DNA of 64,000 nucleotides from Vulcanimicrobiales bacterium (GTDB lineage Bacteria; Vulcanimicrobiota; Vulcanimicrobiia; Vulcanimicrobiales; Vulcanimicrobiaceae), in NCBI GenBank assembly GCA_038231455.1, contig JBBRLI010000009.1, positions 1 to 64,000 of the forward strand, read 5' to 3'. The position numbers were made by a program, and so were the translations under genes. Positions 47,700 to 56,491 of this stretch are shown in pieces. The notes beneath the pieces are model-generated. The model was not told where the DNA came from. It ran no database searches and saw only the letters and a list, made by a program, of their open reading frames with translations. The first letter of the stretch is position 1, and every line of letters begins with the position of its first letter.

Positions 47700-49928
47700 T
47701 TGGCCGGACTCGAGGCGCTCGGCGGCGGGAATCTCACCGCGCAAGTCGCCGCCGCCGTCGACGCGGAAATCGCGGCCCTCGCCGCCGACGCCGAAGCGCT
47801 CAAAGGGCTCCTCGACATCGGGAGTACCGCGCGCGCCACGGTCCTCAAAAGCAACGGTCTGACCGACCTCTTGCAGATCGTCGGCAAGCGGGTCGCTGCG
47901 TCTCTGCCGCCGGACCTCAAGCCCGGGGATCAAATTTTCGTTGAGGTCACGGGCTTCACCGACGGGCACATCAACCTGCGCGTCGTGCCGGCGCCCGAAG
48001 GCGAAACGCCGACCGTGACGACCACTCCCGGAACGCCTCCGCCCGCGGCGCCGCCGACGCTCGCGCCCTCCGGCGCGGCCGCTGCGTCGTATCTGGCTGC
48101 GCTTCCGGCCGCAGACGATCTGCTACCGATCGCCCCGCCGGTTTCGGTTTTCGTCGCTGCATCCGTCATTCGCGCCGTTGCCACCGGTCCGCAGCAGCCT
48201 CCGGTCGCCGGCACGCCGCCCCCCGCGGCGAACCCGCCGCCGCCGGCGGCGACGAACGCCTCGGTCGCGCCGGCCGTCGCCTCTGAGGAGAACCCGGCAC
48301 ATCCCAACGTAGCCTTGAGCGAGCCGTCGTCGACGGCCGTCGCGCAAAGCGCGGGTCGGCCCGCAGTCGATTCCGCCCTGTCCGCAAAACTCGCGCCGCC
48401 GCAGCCACTCGAAGCACGGCTTGCCGCTCTGCGCGCCGCATCGCCGCCGCCGGTCCCACCGCCGCGCCCGGCGCCCGTTCCGCTCACGACCGCCCGCAGC
48501 ACGGTGCCGCCGCCAGCGCCCCCGCCGACGATCCGGCCGAGCGGATTTGTCGCGCCCCCCCTGATTCGTCCATCGGGTACCGCGGCAAGCGAACCGGCCC
48601 GGATAACTCCGGGCTCACCAAAACCCATTGGGCAAGGCGTCGCTTCGGTCAACGCGCGGTTCTCGACGATCTCCCCGCAGGCTCCGGTCCAAGGCCGCAC
48701 GCCAATCGAACATCCGATCCCGATCCGCACGCGCGGAGATTCGATCGTGCCGGATACAACGCGTGCCGGTCCACGCGCGGTCATTGCTTCTTCCGGCGCG
48801 CAAGCTGGACGAGCGGCGACCGCGACGACGACCGTTGCAAAGCCCGTCGCGCCGCCCGTGACGGCGGAGGCGTTCCGCGATCCAAGCGTCTTACTTCGCG
48901 CACTGCGGGTTCCCGTGACGCAAACCAATCTTGCCTCGGCAACGCTCGCGCTTCAGTCACCGCAGCGGATACCGGCTGCGCTCGCCGCGCTCGAGCGCGC
49001 GTTGCCCGATGGCCGAAACGACCCGCGCGTCGCGACGCTGCGCACGATCGTCGGCTTTGTGAATCGACTCGACCCGCAGTCTCCAACATTAGCCGCGCAA
49101 ATTGCGGCGTATGTCTCGCACGTCGTCGACGGAGCGGAACCAAAACTCGCAACGTTACTGCAATCGTACGCTGCGCACGTCGAACTGCCGGCTGCATCAC
49201 CGGCGGCGCCGTCTGTCGACCTTCCGTCATCTGCATCGAACGAACGTGCGCCGGCCGCTGGCGCTGCGGCTTTGCCCACCGCCGGCGCGCCGGCGATACT
49301 CGCTCAATCGACCCCAACGCTTGCCGCAGCACAAACGCTGATCGCTGCCGCGGCGCTCGATCACGACCTCAAAACGACATTGCAGACGCTGCTCGTTACG
49401 TCGGTTGCGGGCACCGAGTCTTCGCCGGCAGCGGCGATTCAAACCGCCCTTACGGCGCTCACGGGCGTGCAACTCGATGTCGCGAACACACTCGCTCAGA
49501 TCCCGCAGCAAGTGACCTTCACGATTCCGCTCCCGCTCGTTCACCCGGATGCGCAAGCCCGCGTGACGATCGACCGCAAACGTCACGACGATCCGACGCA
49601 GGCGATCGACGGCGACAACTTCCACATCGCGTTTATCCTGACGACCAAGCACTTAGGCACCGTGACGATCGATCTGCGGACCGTTGGTCGCGCCGTGAAC
49701 GTCGGCGTCCACACCGAGGCAGAACTTGCTGCGCAGACGTTCGGCGGGGCGCTCGCGCGCTTGAAAGACCGCTTAGAATCGCTGCGCTATAACGTCACCT
49801 CGATCGAATCGGGAGTCGCGCCGCGCCGCACCGAGCCCCAACCCAGTGCAAGTGACCGCGCGATCGATCTAATCGAGATCGCGAGCGACCCGAGCGAACC
49901 CGCCTCTGATGTGGATAAGATCGCATGA
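47700..49928 (+). CDS. FliK-like (YlqG-like) Pro/Ala-rich protein
   Basis: Low-complexity centre; C-terminal LGTVTIDL...VNVGV...LKDRLESL resembles the hook-length-control domain; coupled to the FlhB-C gene. Confidence 0.65.
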   Translation: MAGLEALGGGNLTAQVAAAVDAEIAALAADAEALKGLLDIGSTARATVLKSNGLTDLLQIVGKRVAASLPPDLKPGDQIFVEVTGFTDGHINLRVVPAPEGETPTVTTTPGTPPPAAPPTLAPSGAAAASYLAALPAADDLLPIAPPVSVFVAASVIRAVATGPQQPPVAGTPPPAANPPPPAATNASVAPAVASEENPAHPNVALSEPSSTAVAQSAGRPAVDSALSAKLAPPQPLEARLAALRAASPPPVPPPRPAPVPLTTARSTVPPPAPPPTIRPSGFVAPPLIRPSGTAASEPARITPGSPKPIGQGVASVNARFSTISPQAPVQGRTPIEHPIPIRTRGDSIVPDTTRAGPRAVIASSGAQAGRAATATTTVAKPVAPPVTAEAFRDPSVLLRALRVPVTQTNLASATLALQSPQRIPAALAALERALPDGRNDPRVATLRTIVGFVNRLDPQSPTLAAQIAAYVSHVVDGAEPKLATLLQSYAAHVELPAASPAAPSVDLPSSASNERAPAAGAAALPTAGAPAILAQSTPTLAAAQTLIAAAALDHDLKTTLQTLLVTSVAGTESSPAAAIQTALTALTGVQLDVANTLAQIPQQVTFTIPLPLVHPDAQARVTIDRKRHDDPTQAIDGDNFHIAFILTTKHLGTVTIDLRTVGRAVNVGVHTEAELAAQTFGGALARLKDRLESLRYNVTSIESGVAPRRTEPQPSASDRAIDLIEIASDPSEPASDVDKIA

Positions 49929-50227
49929 ACAACGAGAAATTCTACGATACGCGCAAAGCCGTCCCGCGCAGTGCCGCCGCGGCCTTGCACTACGATCCGC
50001 TCGGCTCCGAACCGCCCGAACTGGTAGCCATGGGCCGCGGGATGGTCGCCGATGAAATCGTTGAGATCGCCCGCAAGCATGGGATCGCGGTTCACGAAGA
50101 TGCCGGACTCGTCGAGGCGCTCGCGCGGTTGGACGTTGGCACGGCGATCCCACGCGAGCTCTACGCCGTCGTCGCCGAAGTGCTGGCGTTCGTGTATGCC
50201 GTCGATGCCGAGGCGGCCCGGGCGTAG
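49925..50227 (+). CDS. FlhB C-terminal domain (EscU/YscU/HrcU family, YlqH-like) protein
   Basis: AAALHY, VAMGRG, IARKHGIAVHED, IPRELYAVVAEVLAFVY. Confidence 0.9.
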   Translation: MNNEKFYDTRKAVPRSAAAALHYDPLGSEPPELVAMGRGMVADEIVEIARKHGIAVHEDAGLVEALARLDVGTAIPRELYAVVAEVLAFVYAVDAEAARA

Positions 50228-50236
50228 CCCCGCGAA

Positions 50237-50252
50237 TCGAACAGGAGTTCGA
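50237..50252. promoter_or_regulatory. LexA (SOS/Cheo) box
   Basis: TCGAAC-AGGA-GTTCGA, an exact match to the Firmicutes/Actinobacteria CGAAC-N4-GTTCG consensus, upstream of ftsY-recA-recX. Confidence 0.75.
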
Positions 50253-50317
50253 TCCAACCGGCCGAACACTATATCTTGTGGACGCTTCCGCGTTTGCCAC
50301 GATATGATGGGAATCTG

Positions 50318-51241
50318 ATGAGCTGGTTTGCCAAACTCCGCACGAGCCTTACCCGGTCCCGCGAGTCGCTCGCGGCGGTCGAAGAATTGGCGCTCGCCCG
50401 CAAACCGCTCGATCGCGAGTTTTACGACGAGCTCGAAGAGATCCTCATTGCCGCCGACTTCGGCGTGCCGACCGCCGAGAAAATCATCGCGGGGCTCAAA
50501 GTCGTCCAGCGTCAGGAGTTGTGGGGCCGCTCCGATCAGGCCATCGCGCGCTTCAAAAAAGACGTGCAGCGCTTCCTGACGCTCCCGAGCGCCGGACTGA
50601 CCATCGGCCCGAAGCCAAGCGTCGTGCTCGTTGTGGGCGTCAACGGCAGCGGCAAGACGACCACGATCGGCAAACTCGCGACGCTCTTGCGGGCGCAAGG
50701 CAAACGCGTGATGGTTGTTGCGGCCGACACGTTTCGCGCCGCGGCTGCGGAGCAACTCGAAATTTGGGCGGAGCGCAGCGGCGCGGAGTTCGTCCGCGGG
50801 CGCGAAGGCGCGGATCCCTCATCGGTCGTCTTCGACGGGATGGCGGCCGCGAAAGCACGCGGTGTCGATGTCGTGCTGGTCGATACGGCGGGGCGTCTCC
50901 AAACCAAAACCAATTTGATGGAAGAGTTAAAGAAGATGCGCCGCATCATCGAGCGCGAGACCGGCGCGCCGCCGCAAGAGACGTTGCTCGTCGTCGACGG
51001 CACGACCGGGCAAAACGCGATCTCGCAAGCCAAGCTTTTTCATGAAGCAACGAAGCTCACGGGCGTCGTTGTGACCAAACTCGATTCGACGGCCAAAGGC
51101 GGCGTGCTCGTCGCGATCGTCGATCACCTCATCGTGCCGATCAAATTCATCGGTCTTGGTGAATCGGCCGACGCGCTCCAACCGTTCGACCCCGCCGCGT
51201 TTACCGACGCCCTTTTCGAACGCGTACCCGCCACGACATAA
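50318..51241 (+). CDS. ftsY: Signal recognition particle receptor FtsY
   Basis: GVNGSGKTTT, DTFRAAA, DTAGR, DGTTGQN, TKLDSTAKGG. NG domain only. Confidence 0.96.
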   Translation: MSWFAKLRTSLTRSRESLAAVEELALARKPLDREFYDELEEILIAADFGVPTAEKIIAGLKVVQRQELWGRSDQAIARFKKDVQRFLTLPSAGLTIGPKPSVVLVVGVNGSGKTTTIGKLATLLRAQGKRVMVVAADTFRAAAAEQLEIWAERSGAEFVRGREGADPSSVVFDGMAAAKARGVDVVLVDTAGRLQTKTNLMEELKKMRRIIERETGAPPQETLLVVDGTTGQNAISQAKLFHEATKLTGVVVTKLDSTAKGGVLVAIVDHLIVPIKFIGLGESADALQPFDPAAFTDALFERVPATT

Positions 51242-51319
51242 TGCCACGATGTTGGCACTCGCCACCCGTACCATCGCCGCACAGATTACTTGCAAAGCAA
51301 ACGGAGATTATTAGCTGAT

Positions 51320-52375
51320 ATGGCGCAAGACGAACGCTCGGTAGCCCTCGCAAACGCTCTCGCTCAAATCGAACGGCAGTTCGGCAAAGGTTCGATCATG
51401 AAAATGGGCGAGCTGCAAGAACGGATGGCGTACGACGTCGTCTCCACCGGCTCGATCGCACTCGATCTTGCGCTCGGTGTGGGCGGCTTGCCGCGCGGCC
51501 GCGTAGTCGAAATCTACGGCCCGGAATCCTCAGGTAAAACGACGCTCGCACTGCATGTGATCGCCGAGGCGCAAAAAGCCGGCGGCACGGCCGCGTTCAT
51601 CGACGTCGAGCACGCGCTCGATCCCACGTACGCCGCGGCCTTAGGTGTCGATCTCGATCATTTGCTCGTCTCGCAGCCGGATACCGGCGAACAGGCGCTC
51701 GACATCGCCGAGATGCTCGTCCGCTCGAATGCCGTCGACGTGGTCGTGCTCGACTCGGTCGCCGCACTCGTCACCAAAGCCGAGCTCGAAGGCGACATGG
51801 GCGACACGCACGTCGGACTCCAGGCCCGCTTGATGTCACAGGCACTGCGCAAACTCACGGCCGCGATCTCGCGCTCGAAGTGCGTGATGATCTTCATCAA
51901 CCAACTGCGTGAAAAAGTCGGCGTGATGTTCGGTAGCCCCGAGACGACCTCGGGCGGCCGCGCGCTCAAATTCTATGCCTCGGTTCGCCTCGACGTGCGC
52001 AAACTCGAACAGATCAAAATCGGCACCGATGTCGTCGGAACGCGCACACGCGTCAAAGTCGTCAAGAACAAAGTTGCGCCGCCGTTCCGTCAAGCCGAGT
52101 TCGATATCACCTACGGTCGCGGCATTTCGAAGATGGGCTCCATCCTCGACGTCGCACTCGAACGCAACATCGTTGGCAAGAGCGGTTCGTGGTGGACGTA
52201 CGGTGAGACACGCATCGGTCAAGGTCGCGAGAATGCAAAAGTGTATCTCGAAGAGCACGGCGATCTCGCAACGGAGATCGAAGACAAGATCCGCACCGCG
52301 CTTAAAGCCTCAAGCTCGACGAACGGTCACGCAACGCCCGTCGGTGCCGCGGCCGGCGCTGACGCTGAGGGCTAA
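51320..52375 (+). CDS. recA: Recombinase RecA
   Basis: [40 protein letters not shown]. Confidence 0.99.
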   Translation: MAQDERSVALANALAQIERQFGKGSIMKMGELQERMAYDVVSTGSIALDLALGVGGLPRGRVVEIYGPESSGKTTLALHVIAEAQKAGGTAAFIDVEHALDPTYAAALGVDLDHLLVSQPDTGEQALDIAEMLVRSNAVDVVVLDSVAALVTKAELEGDMGDTHVGLQARLMSQALRKLTAAISRSKCVMIFINQLREKVGVMFGSPETTSGGRALKFYASVRLDVRKLEQIKIGTDVVGTRTRVKVVKNKVAPPFRQAEFDITYGRGISKMGSILDVALERNIVGKSGSWWTYGETRIGQGRENAKVYLEEHGDLATEIEDKIRTALKASSSTNGHATPVGAAAGADAEG

Positions 52376-52381
52376 GCACGC

Positions 52382-52855
52382 TTGAGCGATGGGAGCGCGC
52401 ACCGCAAGGCGCGCGCGTCGGCGCTGCGGATGCTTGCGATCCGGCGGCTTACAGAGTCACAACTCTGGATCAAGCTCGAACGCAAAGGGTTTGATGACGC
52501 CGCGATCGCGGAGGCGGTCGCGGCGTGCAAACGCTTTGGCTACCTCGATGACAAACTCTACGCATCGCTCTACGTGGAAGGCGCGCGCAAGGCCGTCGGC
52601 GACGCGCGCTTGATCGGCGATCTCGTCAAACGCGGAATCGATCGCGAGTCGGCCGCGCACGCCGTTGCGATTGCAACCCACGACCAAGATGCGCGTATCG
52701 CGGCGGCGTATGAAAAGCTCGTGCACACCAAGGCTTCACTGAGTTACCCGTCTGCTGCGCGCGCACTCGAGCGGTTGGGATTCCCGACCTCGCTGATCTA
52801 TCGAACCTTGCGCGTGCACGCGCAAGCGGGGCTGGGAGAACCGGCGTACGACTAA
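52382..52855 (+). CDS. recX: Regulatory protein RecX
   Basis: Directly after recA; ALRMLAIRRLT, KLERKGF, GYLDD, LVKRGI, LERLGF. Confidence 0.88.
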   Translation: MSDGSAHRKARASALRMLAIRRLTESQLWIKLERKGFDDAAIAEAVAACKRFGYLDDKLYASLYVEGARKAVGDARLIGDLVKRGIDRESAAHAVAIATHDQDARIAAAYEKLVHTKASLSYPSAARALERLGFPTSLIYRTLRVHAQAGLGEPAYD

Positions 52856-53177
52856 GGCGCATTTCGCGCATGCAAGTGAGGAAGAGTTTGCGCGGCTCCT
52901 CGACTACTATCGCGTTCGTTTCGCCTACGAACCGCGCCGCTTTGCCATCGGCTGGGATGAGTCGGGCGATCCCATCGAGTTCTTCACGCCCGATTTCTAC
53001 CTCACCGACTACGATCTTTATGTCGAATTAACCACGATGAAAACCGCACTTGCGACCAGGAAAAACCGGAAGCTGCGACGCTTGCAAGAACGCTATCCCT
53101 TCGTGAATATCAAACTTTTCGGCCGGCGCGATGTCGCGCGGCTCTTTGCGCGCTTTGGTACGGATCCGCGCGCATGA
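52848..53177 (+). CDS. PD-(D/E)XK-like nuclease-fold protein with no canonical start codon (ACG candidate)
   Basis: Not in the ORF track. Frame reads TKAHFAHASEEEFARLLDYYRVRFAYEPRRF...FTPDFYLTDYDLYVELTTMK...KNRKLRRLQERYPFVNIKLF...; TGA overlaps the hpt ATG; GGGAG lies 9 nt before ACG 52848. Confidence 0.75.
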   Translation, partial: TTKAHFAHASEEEFARLLDYYRVRFAYEPRRFAIGWDESGDPIEFFTPDFYLTDYDLYVELTTMKTALATRKNRKLRRLQERYPFVNIKLFGRRDVARLFARFGTDPRA

Positions 53178-53710
53178 GCCTCGAGACAAGCGTGTATATC
53201 GATGCCCAGACCCTGCAAGCGCGCGTCGCCGAACTCGGGGCCGAGATCGATGCCGCCTACGTTGGTCGCAACCCGCTCTTGATTGGCATCCTCACCTCGT
53301 CGGTGATCTTTCTTGCCGATCTCGCACGCGCGATCCGGATTCCCGCGGAATTCGATTTCCTGGGCATTTCCTCGTATGCGCTCGACCGCCAGCAAGGAAC
53401 GCAGGCCATTCGCATTACGAGTGACCTCTCGCGGCCGATCGAAGGCCGCGACTGCATCATCGTTGAGGATGTGGTCGATACGGGGATGACACTTGCGTTC
53501 GTGCGCGCAACGCTGGAGGCGCGGCGCCCCGCCTCGATCGCCGTTGCAACGCTGCTAGACCGGCCGCAGCGACGACTCGCGCAAACGCCGATTGCGTTTC
53601 GCGGTTTTGCGATTCCCGATGAGTTCGTGGTCGGGTACGGCTTAGATCACCGCGGCCGCTATCGCGAGTCGCCCAGTCTTTTGGTGTGCAAAGAATGGCC
53701 TCGCGACTAG
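53174..53710 (+). CDS. hpt: Hypoxanthine phosphoribosyltransferase
   Basis: FLADLAR, ISSY, PRPP loop IIVEDVVDTGMTL, TLLDR, FVVGYGLD. Confidence 0.9.
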   Translation: MSLETSVYIDAQTLQARVAELGAEIDAAYVGRNPLLIGILTSSVIFLADLARAIRIPAEFDFLGISSYALDRQQGTQAIRITSDLSRPIEGRDCIIVEDVVDTGMTLAFVRATLEARRPASIAVATLLDRPQRRLAQTPIAFRGFAIPDEFVVGYGLDHRGRYRESPSLLVCKEWPRD

Positions 53711-53745
53711 GACAACCCTTGTCCTGCGATAAACCAGACCTCCCG

Positions 53746-55062
53746 ATGCGCTTTTTCATCGCGCGGGTTATTGCTTTGTCGCTAGCCGTTGCAATGCTCG
53801 TTCTTCCGAATGCCGCCTCGGCGGTCGAACTCGAAACGATCGCGAAGGCCGCCGCCGCGTATCAAAATACGAATCCGAATTTGCAGGCGATGTACCGCGC
53901 GGCGCTGCTCAATACGAGCCGCCAAGCGACGATCGCCCCCGACGGCACCGCTTACGTCAAGACGGGCGATATTCCGGCCGAGTGGCTGCGCGATGCAAGC
54001 GCGCAAGTGCGGCCGTATCTATTTTTCGCAAAGAGTGACATTGCCGTTGCGAGTTTGCTGCGCGGAATCATCGCGCGCGAAGGCAAGTACTTGCAGGTCG
54101 ATCCGTACGCAAACGCCTTTACGATCGACTATCGCGTGTGGGAGCAAAAATTCGAACTTGACTCGCTCGCCTATCCGATCGTGCTTGCCTGGACCTACTG
54201 GAAGCAGACCGGCGATGCGTCGATCTTCACCGGCGATTTCTCGCTTGGCCTCGATCGTGCGCTCGAGACGATGGAACGCGAGCAAGACCACGCCAAGAAT
54301 TCGAAATACACGCACAAAGAATTGCCGAACGGGCAGCGTGGAAATCCGGTCAAATACACCGGCATGATTTGGAGCGGCTTCCGACCCTCCGATGATGCGT
54401 GCAAATATAATTTTCTGATTCCCTCCGAGATGATGGCCGTGGTCGCCCTGGGCGATCTCGAAGAGATCGAACGCGACGTGTACCACAATCTGGTGAAATC
54501 GCATCGCGCGAGCGGCCTGCGTGATGAAGTACAGACCGGTATTCAAACCTTCGGTGAGGTGTTCACGCCGAATTACGGTTACGTGTACGCCTACGAAGTC
54601 GACGGACTCGGCAACGCCGTGATCGCCGATGACGCGAACATCCCCTCGCTGCTCTCGGCACCGTACATCGGGTATACGAAGGCCACCAGTCTCGTCTACA
54701 AAAACACGCGCAAATTCTTGCTGTCCAAAGACAACCCGACGTACTACGTCGGGAAGTTCGCGCGCGGTATCGGCAGCCAACATACGAGTGACGGCTGGGT
54801 GTGGCCGCTCGCCCTCATCATGCAAGGTATGACCTCGACCAGCGACGCCGAACGCAAAGACGTGCTCGCACAGTTGCTCGCATCGGACCCCGGCGATCAC
54901 CTCTTACACGAAGCATTCAACCCCGACGATCCGCAGAAGTTCACGCGTCTGGATTTCGGCTGGCCAAATGCACTCTTTAGCGAGTACGTCATGACCACGT
55001 TCGGCGGCGTCCTGCCGCTCCCGACCGGCACGACCTCCGATCTCGAATTCCGAGGGGACTAA
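53746..55062 (+). CDS. Secreted GH125 family glycosidase (exo-alpha-1,6-mannosidase-like)
   Basis: TGDIPAEWLRD, DPYANAF, KFELDSL, FRPSDD, YEVDG, DDANIPSLLS, FGWPNALF. Confidence 0.88.
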   Translation: MRFFIARVIALSLAVAMLVLPNAASAVELETIAKAAAAYQNTNPNLQAMYRAALLNTSRQATIAPDGTAYVKTGDIPAEWLRDASAQVRPYLFFAKSDIAVASLLRGIIAREGKYLQVDPYANAFTIDYRVWEQKFELDSLAYPIVLAWTYWKQTGDASIFTGDFSLGLDRALETMEREQDHAKNSKYTHKELPNGQRGNPVKYTGMIWSGFRPSDDACKYNFLIPSEMMAVVALGDLEEIERDVYHNLVKSHRASGLRDEVQTGIQTFGEVFTPNYGYVYAYEVDGLGNAVIADDANIPSLLSAPYIGYTKATSLVYKNTRKFLLSKDNPTYYVGKFARGIGSQHTSDGWVWPLALIMQGMTSTSDAERKDVLAQLLASDPGDHLLHEAFNPDDPQKFTRLDFGWPNALFSEYVMTTFGGVLPLPTGTTSDLEFRGD

Positions 55063-55064
55063 CC

Positions 55065-56324
55065 GTGGCACCAACCGTCGACATCATCGTCGGCATTCAA
55101 TGGGGCGATGAGGGCAAAGGCCGGGTCGTCGATCTCTACGCCAAAGACTACGACATTATCGCGCGCTTCGGTGGCGGCGACAACGCCGGGCACTCGATCG
55201 AGGTCGGCGAGCAGAAGCTCGCGCTCCGCATCGTCCCCTCAGGCGTGCTGCAGCAGCAGACAAAACTCTTCATCGGAAGCGGTGCGGTTATCAGCCTCAC
55301 CGGCATCACGGAAGAGCTGAATAAGCTCCGGGCCTTGGGCATCGACACCTCGCGCATTACGATCTCCGATCGCGCGCACATCGTCTTTCCTTATCACGCG
55401 GCACTCGATCGACTCTCGGAGGCGCAGCGCGGCGATGCGAAGATCGGCACGACGGGACGCGGCATCGGCCCCGCCTACGTCGACAAGGCCGGTCGACTCG
55501 GCATCACGTTCGGCGATCTTGCGCGGCCCGAAGCGCTCGCGAACAAACTCCGCACCGCGGTGATGGCGCGCGCACCGCTCTTTTCGGGCGCAGAAACCCT
55601 ACCACGCGAAGAAGATCTGATTGGCGAAGCGCTGGCGTTCGCCAAGACAATAGGGCCGCACGTGGTCGATGGCGTTTCCTACATTCAAGACGCGCTCGCG
55701 CGCGGCGAATCGATCCTTGCCGAAGGCGCCCAAGGCACGCTGCTCGATGTCGGCTTCGGCACGTACCCGTATGTGACAAGCTCGCACACGATCGCGGGCG
55801 GCGCGTGTATCGGGCTTGGAATCGGGCCGACCGCGGTGCGTAGAACGATCGGTATCGCCAAGGCGTACTGCACGCGCGTCGGTGGCGGGCCGTTCCCAAG
55901 CGAACTGCACGGCGAGGCGGGCGAACGGCTACGGGCTGCCGGTCAAGAGTTCGGCGTCGTCACCGGTCGGCCGCGCCGCTGCGGCTGGTTCGATGCGGTT
56001 GCCGGGCGTTACGCCGCCCAAATCAATGGTCTCACCGAGGTCGTGATCACCAAGCTCGATGTGCTCTCGGGATTCGATGAACTCAAGGTGGTGCGCGGTT
56101 ACAAACGGGCTGGCACTCCGATCGGCTTTGGCGGGGTCGACGATCAGCCGTTGGAGCTCGAAATGGAAACGCTTCCCGGCTGGCAGGAAGATATTCGGGG
56201 CGTACGTCACATTCGCGACCTTCCTGCAAATGCGCAAGCATATGTCCGGTTGCTTGGCGAAGCAATCGGCGTACCCGTTTCGGCCGTTTCCGTTGGGCCG
56301 GAACGGTCGGCGTTCGCAACGTGA
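55065..56324 (+). CDS. purA: Adenylosuccinate synthetase
   Basis: QWGDEGKG, GGDNAGH, GTTGRGIGP, EGAQG, TGRPRRCGW, TKLDVL. Confidence 0.98.
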   Translation: MAPTVDIIVGIQWGDEGKGRVVDLYAKDYDIIARFGGGDNAGHSIEVGEQKLALRIVPSGVLQQQTKLFIGSGAVISLTGITEELNKLRALGIDTSRITISDRAHIVFPYHAALDRLSEAQRGDAKIGTTGRGIGPAYVDKAGRLGITFGDLARPEALANKLRTAVMARAPLFSGAETLPREEDLIGEALAFAKTIGPHVVDGVSYIQDALARGESILAEGAQGTLLDVGFGTYPYVTSSHTIAGGACIGLGIGPTAVRRTIGIAKAYCTRVGGGPFPSELHGEAGERLRAAGQEFGVVTGRPRRCGWFDAVAGRYAAQINGLTEVVITKLDVLSGFDELKVVRGYKRAGTPIGFGGVDDQPLELEMETLPGWQEDIRGVRHIRDLPANAQAYVRLLGEAIGVPVSAVSVGPERSAFAT

Positions 56325-56359
56325 GCCCGCTCTCAGACCTTGAGACGCGACCTCCACCT

Positions 56360-56387
56360 TAAGGAAGTCGTAACGGTTAGCCGATAA
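56360..56387 (+). promoter_or_regulatory. Sigma-28-type promoter upstream of fliF
   Basis: TAAG-N16-GCCGATAA; the -10 element matches the FliA/SigD consensus. Confidence 0.72.
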
Positions 56388-56491
56388 CATCAAAGACCAC
56401 TGGACAAGGAAGTCTGGTCGCACTCGAAGGCCACGGTCGGCCAACCCCACGCACGAATCGTCCTAGTTAGACATCGTCGCAAAGGTGGCAA

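Noticed and set aside
50261-50268. GCCGAACA as a sigma-28 -10 element upstream of ftsY
   Set aside because: The expected -35 position reads ACAG and falls inside the LexA box; not supported.
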